DNA of 64,000 nt from Candidatus Latescibacterota bacterium (GTDB lineage Bacteria > Latescibacterota > UBA2968 > UBA8231). Of this stretch, positions 57,250 to 64,000 are shown in pieces (position 1 is the stretch's first letter; each line of letters starts with the position of its first letter). The position numbers and the translations under genes were made by a program. The DNA is taken from assembly GCA_965217585.1 (NCBI GenBank), contig OZ244561.1:6688001-6752000 (forward strand), given 5' to 3'. The notes below the pieces were generated by a model that had not been told where the DNA came from, searched no databases, and was given only the letters and a program-made list of their open reading frames with translations.

Positions 57250-58713
57250 TCACTGCGGCGTCACGTCTCCCGCAAAGGGTCCGTACATGCCCTTCCCCCA
57301 TTCGATCCACGCCGTTTCCACATTTGCGACAACTTTGGGGTCGGCCGGCGCTGATGCGATCTCTGCACCATCCTGGGCAATCGCGATCCGGTCACCATCC
57401 GCGATGAACTCAAGTGTGGTTTCCCCCTCTCTCCAAGCCACTGGACCCGCGGCGCATCCCGGCTTGCGCATTCGGTGCACAGTCCGATACTCGTTCCAGA
57501 CTTCGTCGTCGTGCAGAAACTCCATTCTCATGTCCCGTTCCGGACAACCCTTCGCGCTTGTCGAGATGAAGAGCGAATCGTCCATCGGGACCAGACCCGT
57601 TGTTCGATTGCCCCAGCCGTTCCAGACAATCTCCGCGCCGTGAATCTCGTTGTAGCCAACGACCCGATCTTCCCAAGGGTGGTTCATCTCGTCCGTGACT
57701 GCGGGATGCTCGAACATCCTGCGGACAAAGTGCCATTCGGCACCGTGGTGATCATAGCGCCATAACTCGGCCCACGGCCAGACCCCCACATATACATCTC
57801 CCCCGAACAGGCAGGTTGTCTGCGCCTCGCGTACGGCGGACGAAACACCGGGCATCACCGGCGGCCAATCCTCCAAGTGACGCAGCGCCGTCCCCTTTTT
57901 CACGTATTCCAAGAGGTTCCCGGTCGGATAGTGGCCGATCAGCATTCGATCGTACCAGTCCAACATCGAATAGAGCTGGTGACTGACGCCCTTCTGCGAC
58001 TGGCGAATGATCCTCCACGCCGAGCCGTCGAAGGCGTAGACTCCTCCGACGTTCGAGGACTGAATGATCTCGTCGCCCAGTTGCCCGGCGGCGAAAGAGG
58101 TTTCGCCCGCATAGCGCAGATCCAGCGTGATCGCCCTATCCAGATCGAGCGGACCGTCGCCCGGCCGCCAGGGAACCGCATGAAGCTTGCTCCATTCGGG
58201 GTCGTTGTTCTGATAGAAGACGAGGTGGCCGTGGGAGTAATAGAAATGATGGTAATGGCCCTCGTCGGGCTTTATCAGGATCTTCACGCCGTCGTACCAT
58301 GCCTCGCCGCCCTTGAACTGGAGCAGTTTTCCGGCCAGGCGCATCATCCCCTCGCCGCTTGTCGTCTCCTTGACACCAAACCTTTCATCGACAACCCAAG
58401 CCTTGGATTCGTCATCGTACCATCGCGCGGTGCGATCAAGATGATTACTGCACTGGTAAACCTTGCCGTCAAGGTCGAACAGATAGTTGCCACCGTCGTC
58501 GGATGGAAACGGCAGCTTCTCGTAAGTCACCTCTCCACCGTCGTGACGAACGAAAAACTGCAGCGTCCATCGGTCCAGGCGGAAGTGCGTGTTGAAAAGC
58601 CCCATGAACCCCGCGCCAAACAGCACCTGACCGTTGCTATCTCGGGCTTCAAACACGGTCCCCATGTTCTGCCCGAGATCTTCCCCGAAGTTCACCTTCG
58701 CAGTGATCTGCAT
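57250..58713 (-). CDS. Conserved hypothetical protein (probable beta-propeller)
   Basis: 487-aa ORF with SD GAGGA; beta-rich, aromatic-rich sequence. Confidence 0.7.
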   Translation of the reverse strand: MQITAKVNFGEDLGQNMGTVFEARDSNGQVLFGAGFMGLFNTHFRLDRWTLQFFVRHDGGEVTYEKLPFPSDDGGNYLFDLDGKVYQCSNHLDRTARWYDDESKAWVVDERFGVKETTSGEGMMRLAGKLLQFKGGEAWYDGVKILIKPDEGHYHHFYYSHGHLVFYQNNDPEWSKLHAVPWRPGDGPLDLDRAITLDLRYAGETSFAAGQLGDEIIQSSNVGGVYAFDGSAWRIIRQSQKGVSHQLYSMLDWYDRMLIGHYPTGNLLEYVKKGTALRHLEDWPPVMPGVSSAVREAQTTCLFGGDVYVGVWPWAELWRYDHHGAEWHFVRRMFEHPAVTDEMNHPWEDRVVGYNEIHGAEIVWNGWGNRTTGLVPMDDSLFISTSAKGCPERDMRMEFLHDDEVWNEYRTVHRMRKPGCAAGPVAWREGETTLEFIADGDRIAIAQDGAEIASAPADPKVVANVETAWIEWGKGMYGPFAGDVTPQ

Positions 58714-58987
58714 GCCTATCCTCGTCCTGGTCTAGCTTCTGGTTGTCATGCGGATTGTTAAGATGTATAGATCATAGGGATTATAAAAGGCCTTTTAGAT
58801 GTGTGTCCTCCTATCGACCTGTTGGCTGCTGGGGCTGCTCGCCCTGACCCCTCAACATCTGCACTACGAACGGACGCCTGCTAGGTCGTCTTATGCCCGT
58901 CAATGCCGACAAAAAGCGGTTGCTTGGTGCGGCGACTTTTCGTATCCCTAGATATGTTAGCCTCCCGTGTAGATGGTGCAGGATGTC

Positions 58988-61591
58988 ATGCCTAAACCAT
59001 ACAAAATTCAGTGGATTAGCCTAATTGCGCTGCTAAGCTGGTTCGAAGGGACCGGAGCGCAGCAAGCCGGGCACCGCATCGCCGACTCCCAAATCATAGT
59101 CAACAGCTCGCGTCATTGGAAAAACTGGATATTCGCTCCGGGCACGGTGGGGATCTCCCCGACCGGTGAGGTGCGACCCAATGAGTTGCGCAAAAACACC
59201 AATGCAACGACCCAAATCGTAAAATTCCTCCGCTTCCACCCACCGGACAATCTGACTGACAAAGAACCGGAGGAGTTGAGCCTACTCGATGCCATTGAGG
59301 CTGGCTCGAACCTGGCGGATGTAGTCAATGTGCTCGACGGCGACCCTGCTACCTACTGGGAGCCGGAGGCACTGCAGGGCACAGCGGATGTAAGAGGCCA
59401 GTGGTGGTTCGGCTTGGATCTGGGACGCCTAGTCTTCGCCCATAAAATTGTCTTGCGCTTTGTCGAGGAAGGTCAAGGGGATCCCTTTCTGCTCTTCGAT
59501 GTGCTGGTATCCGAAGGCTTAAAGCCGAGTCGCCTGCAGGGCGGGGACGCCCTGGCTTTCAAGACGGTGCTGCGCATGGTGCAACCCAATAAAAGCCAGC
59601 GCGTTTTCGAAATCGATCTGCGGAACGCCAACCGCGAAGTCCAAGGCGAGCCTTTGCGCTTCGTCCAGGTGGTGGTAACCGGAACCGATTCGACCCAAGG
59701 TCGAGAAGTCTCTCTCGAAGAGTACGGGCAACTGGCCGGGGCGGACCGAGGTGCCGTCCGGTTTTTCAAGCGCCAGCCCGACGGTCGAGAGGCGGCGGTG
59801 ACAGAGGCCGTACACCAGCAACTGGATGAAGAGCGGCGAGGGGCCGTGCGCTATTTTCGCCGCGAGCGTCCTCGCCTGGCCGAGCTGGAGGTGTGGCACG
59901 AGGGGGATGAGATAATAAGCGGCATCGTCGCACGAGGCGGCTCGATGGCCCTCTCGGCGAAAGAAGTGGTTAATCTGGGCGCTTTTATCGATGGCAATGT
60001 GGACTCTAATTCGGGTGTGCTTATCTCTGGAGCCCAAGCCGTCTCAGACCCCGAGCGATTTTTGTTTTTCGATCTGGGCAGCTTTTACTGGATCGATGCC
60101 CACCGCCAAGCTTATGGCCGAGGTTCGTACCGGGGCAGCTTCGCCAATTACCGACTCGATTTTTCAGACGGCTCGCTGGCTCCCGACGGCAGCCTCTGGT
60201 GGACTAGGGCCGTAGAACGAGACCAGCCGCGGGTGTCGGGACGTCCCTATGAAGGCAACCGCTTCGATCCGGTCAAAGCCCGCTTCTTCCGCATCCACTG
60301 GTCGATGCAGGTGCGCGGTCTAATTGTCGCCACACTGGCGGAGGTCCAGCTCTACGGGGAGGGTTTCCAACCGGAGGTGATCCTCGAATCAGATCTGATC
60401 CGGCTGGGCGGGACCCGCAACCTGATCTCGGTCGAGTGGGACGCCGATACCCCCGTCGGCACCCAAGTCCTGGTCCAGACCCGCACCGGTAACCAACTGG
60501 GCGAACGCCTGCACTATTTCAAGAAGGACGGTACCGAGGTAACCGAAATCGAGTACGGCAAATTGCTCTCGCTCTTCAAGGGGGATACCGTCGCTGAGCC
60601 GGTGCCCGGCAGCGACTGGAGCGACTGGAGTTATCCCTACGAGAATAGCGCCGGCAGTCCAATCACCTCGCCGTCGCCACGAGAATTCTTAAAGATTCGC
60701 GCGACGTTGACTTCGAACGACCCGCAAATCAGCGGCGCGCTCAGGTCCATTCGCCTCCACTTCGCCGACCCGGTGGCCCAGGATCTGGTCGGCGAGGTCG
60801 CGCCCGTCGAGGTAGATTCGCTGGGCGTGGAGCGCCCCTTCTCCCTCTATATCCGGCCCCAGTTCGTCGCGACCGATCCCGGATTCGATGGCTTGCTAAT
60901 GGTCGTTCCCGCCGATATGCGACTGGAATTTAAGAGCCTCTACGCCGGGAAGGCTACCGATTTTGCCGAGCCTACCGCCGATCTGTCCGCGCTCGTTCAG
61001 GACCAAGTCGAGATTCTGGCGACGGATGGAGACACCCTGCGTCTGGCCTTCCCCATAATCGGCCCCGCAACGGGTGTCGAAGTTTTGCGTCTCGACTTCG
61101 ACACGGCCCTATTCTCGGCCGGAACGATTCTGCGCGCGGCGCTGAGCAACAGTGCCTCAGACGAACAAGCCTGGCAGTGGCTCAGCCCGGGTAATGCACT
61201 CGATCAGGTGGAGAGCAATACGACCACTATAGTCGGAGCGGTAAAACGCAAAGAATTGATCGGCCAACTGTCGCTACGCCCCAGCGTATTGACCCCCAAT
61301 GGCGACGACATCAACGACCGGATCGAGATCGCCTTTTCGGTAGTCCTAGTCGGCGACGACAGTCCCGTCCGGGTGCAGATTCGCGATTTGCGCGGCCGGC
61401 GGGTGTGGCGCGCCGTCGAGCACAAAGCGGTGGCTAGGGGGCATTACACCATGTCTTGGGATGGCAGAGACCAGGCAGGGAATTTAGTGCCCCCCGGCCT
61501 CTACGTGGTCGAGATCGACGTCGTGGCCGAAACAGAGCAGACCGGTATCGCGCGCGGCAATGTGCTGCGCGCCGTGGCCGTCGCCTATTGA
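58988..61591 (+). CDS. Large secreted protein with C-terminal FlgD-Ig-like sorting domain
   Basis: Signal peptide; discoidin-like DGDPATYW; TPNGDDIND...WDGRDQAGNLVPPGLY. Confidence 0.85.
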   Translation: MPKPYKIQWISLIALLSWFEGTGAQQAGHRIADSQIIVNSSRHWKNWIFAPGTVGISPTGEVRPNELRKNTNATTQIVKFLRFHPPDNLTDKEPEELSLLDAIEAGSNLADVVNVLDGDPATYWEPEALQGTADVRGQWWFGLDLGRLVFAHKIVLRFVEEGQGDPFLLFDVLVSEGLKPSRLQGGDALAFKTVLRMVQPNKSQRVFEIDLRNANREVQGEPLRFVQVVVTGTDSTQGREVSLEEYGQLAGADRGAVRFFKRQPDGREAAVTEAVHQQLDEERRGAVRYFRRERPRLAELEVWHEGDEIISGIVARGGSMALSAKEVVNLGAFIDGNVDSNSGVLISGAQAVSDPERFLFFDLGSFYWIDAHRQAYGRGSYRGSFANYRLDFSDGSLAPDGSLWWTRAVERDQPRVSGRPYEGNRFDPVKARFFRIHWSMQVRGLIVATLAEVQLYGEGFQPEVILESDLIRLGGTRNLISVEWDADTPVGTQVLVQTRTGNQLGERLHYFKKDGTEVTEIEYGKLLSLFKGDTVAEPVPGSDWSDWSYPYENSAGSPITSPSPREFLKIRATLTSNDPQISGALRSIRLHFADPVAQDLVGEVAPVEVDSLGVERPFSLYIRPQFVATDPGFDGLLMVVPADMRLEFKSLYAGKATDFAEPTADLSALVQDQVEILATDGDTLRLAFPIIGPATGVEVLRLDFDTALFSAGTILRAALSNSASDEQAWQWLSPGNALDQVESNTTTIVGAVKRKELIGQLSLRPSVLTPNGDDINDRIEIAFSVVLVGDDSPVRVQIRDLRGRRVWRAVEHKAVARGHYTMSWDGRDQAGNLVPPGLYVVEIDVVAETEQTGIARGNVLRAVAVAY

Positions 61592-61602
61592 TTGGATATC
61601 TC

Positions 61603-63519
61603 ATGCGATTGCGGCTTTTCCATTGCGTGTTGGCGATTCTCTTACTCGGTTTTGTCCGCCCTAGTGCTAGTCTGACGATCTTTCGCCTCGGCGGCGAGAA
61701 CCTGCCCCGTCCCGAGTTGGACGGTCCCTATGAATTCGTCCAGCTCAGCTGGAACGAAATCGAGGCGCGGCGCCACGGCAGCGCCGAACGGCTGGACTTT
61801 GACCCCGATTTCATCCGTCCGCAGCAATTGGACCCCAAGGTCAATCTCGTCCCGCTCATCGAGGAGCAGGGTGGGCAGATCTTCAATCTGACATGGCATG
61901 GTTGGGTCTCGCCCCATCAGGAAGATTTTCTCATGTACGACGAGGATCCCGACACCTTCTATCTGGGCGATGGCCGTTTCGCCGTGCACGGACCGCCCAT
62001 CAAGTTCACAATCTTCGATTTCGGCGCTCGTCTGTGGCTCGAACGCATCCGCTTTTTTCCGCGCCAGAAACACCTCACCGATCGCTTTATGCAGCGTTTT
62101 AGAATTGGCATAAACGATGGCGATCCGTTCAAAGACGGCACGCGGGAACTGACCGTGCGGCGCGGGGACGGCTTTTCCGATTTCGACATTGCCTACCAAA
62201 GAACAGAAAATACCGAAGCCGTTGTCGACGTCGAATTGCCCGCCGTACCCGTGCGCCGTCTGCTCTTCGAGGCCTATGAGAATACGCGCGGCGTCTGGGA
62301 AATCGCCGAACTCGAGATCTATGGCAACGGCTATGTCCCCTTCACCAGTTACGTCTCCAACGTGACCGATCTGGGAGGCCCCGCCAGTCTGGGGCAGCTA
62401 AGCTGGAGCGGCCATATCGACGCGGGGGCCCAAGTTGACCTGACCATGCGCAGCGGCGTTGACGACGATCCCAACACCTACTGGCGCACCACCTTCCGCG
62501 GCAGCGAACGCACCCGCTTCGACAGCAAAGGCATACCGCTCAACCGAGCCTCCTACAACAAGCTACAGCGCGGCGAACAAGACGACATCACCCACGACAC
62601 CGAAAACTGGGTCTTCTGGAGCGCACCCTATGACTTTGGCGCTGGGACTGGCGTGATGCTCGGCGATGGTACCCGGCGCTATGTGCAGCTGCGCGCCGAT
62701 TTCACCTCTACCCAGACGGCCGGCAGCCAACTGGACTACGTCCAGTTCGCCGTGTCGATCCCGCCGGTGGCCAGCCGCGCCCTAGCCGAGATCGTCCCGG
62801 TCGCCGTGCTGCCGGGGCAGGTGACGTCCTTCACCTACAAACTTCGTCCGACCATAGAATCCGAGGATTTGGGCTTTGACAGCATAGGCATCGACACGCC
62901 GACCGAGGCGAGAAGCGTCGACCAAGTGCGAATCTCAGGGGCCCCCGTGGCTTTTGCGGTGGTGGAAATGAATGAGGCCGGCTTTGTAGTGCAGATCCCG
63001 CGCATCGACATCCAGCGCACCACGGAGCTGATCGAAGTGGATTTCCAAGCCGAGGTGTTCAAGTTCGGTACGGTGTTTGCGGGGCGGCTCTTCGATAGCC
63101 AGCAGCCGTTGGAAGTACCACAGAGCGTCGCGGCGGGCGATGCCGACGAATTGGAAGACAGCAATAGGCTGAGTGTGGATCTGGTGCGTTTCGGCGAACG
63201 CGCGATCGGCTCGTTGACCCTCGACCCACCGGTGTTCAGTCCCAATGGCGACGGCGTCAACGACGCGGTGCAGATCGGCTACGATTTGCTCAATCTAGTG
63301 GGCGCGGTGCCGGTGCAGGTGGAGGTTTTCGATTTGTCGGGTCGCTCGTTGGGCGTGGTGTTGCAGGAACAGGCGGCGAGCGGTAGCTTTTCGGTCGCCT
63401 GGGACGGGCGCGACGGGGATAATGCGTTATTGTCGCCGGGCCTCTACCTAATACGCCTGCGCGTGGAGTCCGACAAGGCGGAAGACACCCAGCAGGCTCT
63501 ATTGTCCCTCGTTTACTGA
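61603..63519 (+). CDS. Paralogous secreted protein with C-terminal FlgD-Ig-like domain
   Basis: Signal peptide; SPNGDGVND...WDGRDGDNALLSPGLY. Confidence 0.85.
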   Translation: MRLRLFHCVLAILLLGFVRPSASLTIFRLGGENLPRPELDGPYEFVQLSWNEIEARRHGSAERLDFDPDFIRPQQLDPKVNLVPLIEEQGGQIFNLTWHGWVSPHQEDFLMYDEDPDTFYLGDGRFAVHGPPIKFTIFDFGARLWLERIRFFPRQKHLTDRFMQRFRIGINDGDPFKDGTRELTVRRGDGFSDFDIAYQRTENTEAVVDVELPAVPVRRLLFEAYENTRGVWEIAELEIYGNGYVPFTSYVSNVTDLGGPASLGQLSWSGHIDAGAQVDLTMRSGVDDDPNTYWRTTFRGSERTRFDSKGIPLNRASYNKLQRGEQDDITHDTENWVFWSAPYDFGAGTGVMLGDGTRRYVQLRADFTSTQTAGSQLDYVQFAVSIPPVASRALAEIVPVAVLPGQVTSFTYKLRPTIESEDLGFDSIGIDTPTEARSVDQVRISGAPVAFAVVEMNEAGFVVQIPRIDIQRTTELIEVDFQAEVFKFGTVFAGRLFDSQQPLEVPQSVAAGDADELEDSNRLSVDLVRFGERAIGSLTLDPPVFSPNGDGVNDAVQIGYDLLNLVGAVPVQVEVFDLSGRSLGVVLQEQAASGSFSVAWDGRDGDNALLSPGLYLIRLRVESDKAEDTQQALLSLVY

Positions 63520-63610
63520 TGAATACTTCAACTCAGGATATGACGGCTCTCGGCCGCTAGCCTAGGGCCTCGAATGCCATCTACGCCCTGCCCCTAAAAG
63601 GCCCTTTGGA

Positions 63611-64000
63611 ATGGAAAAACTCGCCAAACTCGGCTCTACCGACCTCGAGGTCAGTCGCCATGGCTTCGGTGCGGCGCGCATCGGTGCCGGCGTTCCCCTC
63701 GACCAGCTAGAGAGCCTGCTCGACAGCCTCATCGATCTAGGCATCACCTTCATCGACACCGCTGACTGCTACGCCCGGAGCGAAGAACTCATCGGCCGCT
63801 ATCTCGGCAACCGCATCGGCGAGTTCGTCATAGCCACCAAGTGCGGCTGCATCACTGACGGCGATGAGGGAGAGGCGTATTCCCGCGCCGTTATCGAGCG
63901 CAGCATCGACCGGTCGCTCAAGCGGATGGGTCTCGAGTGTCTCGATCTCGTTTTCCTACACACCTGTTCGGCCGAGATATTGCGCGCCGGCGAGGCGGCG
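63611..64000 (+). CDS. Aldo/keto reductase (partial, runs off the window)
   Basis: LGSTDLEVS..GFG, GITFIDTADCY, SEELIG, ATKCG, SLKRMG...DL. Confidence 0.88.
   Translation, partial: MEKLAKLGSTDLEVSRHGFGAARIGAGVPLDQLESLLDSLIDLGITFIDTADCYARSEELIGRYLGNRIGEFVIATKCGCITDGDEGEAYSRAVIERSIDRSLKRMGLECLDLVFLHTCSAEILRAGEAA

Overview
GC-rich bacterial chromosome window. The FlgD-Ig-tailed secreted proteins and multiple PhyH dioxygenases suggest a Latescibacterota/FCB-like organism (inference). A housekeeping core at ~13.7-38.1 kb (rplM-rpsI-rpsB-tsf-frr, ispDF, queA, ECF ATPase, pyrC, rnhB-yraN fusion, hrcA-grpE-dnaJ-mrp-prmA-aroQ, glnA, hemC, cobA-hemD) is flanked by accessory patchworks containing defence-like ATPases, TA pairs, catabolic enzymes and many short gene remnants. 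The best candidate for an undescribed system is missed by the ORF track. At 47296-47964 a signal-peptide-bearing, probable outer-membrane beta-barrel gene reads through two in-frame TGA codons in a U-V-G-U (UxxU) motif, followed by a SECIS-like hairpin, and is paired with a YHS+TlpA thioredoxin gene. This looks like an exported di-selenoprotein redox module. The second candidate is a ~1640-aa STAND-like NTPase with a C-terminal PLD-like (HDR) nuclease domain. It sits between two type I hsdR remnants in an integrase-less island bounded by 92-bp direct repeats. No tRNA, rRNA, CRISPR array, transposase or integrase was seen. All family assignments come from motif recognition by eye, not database searches.
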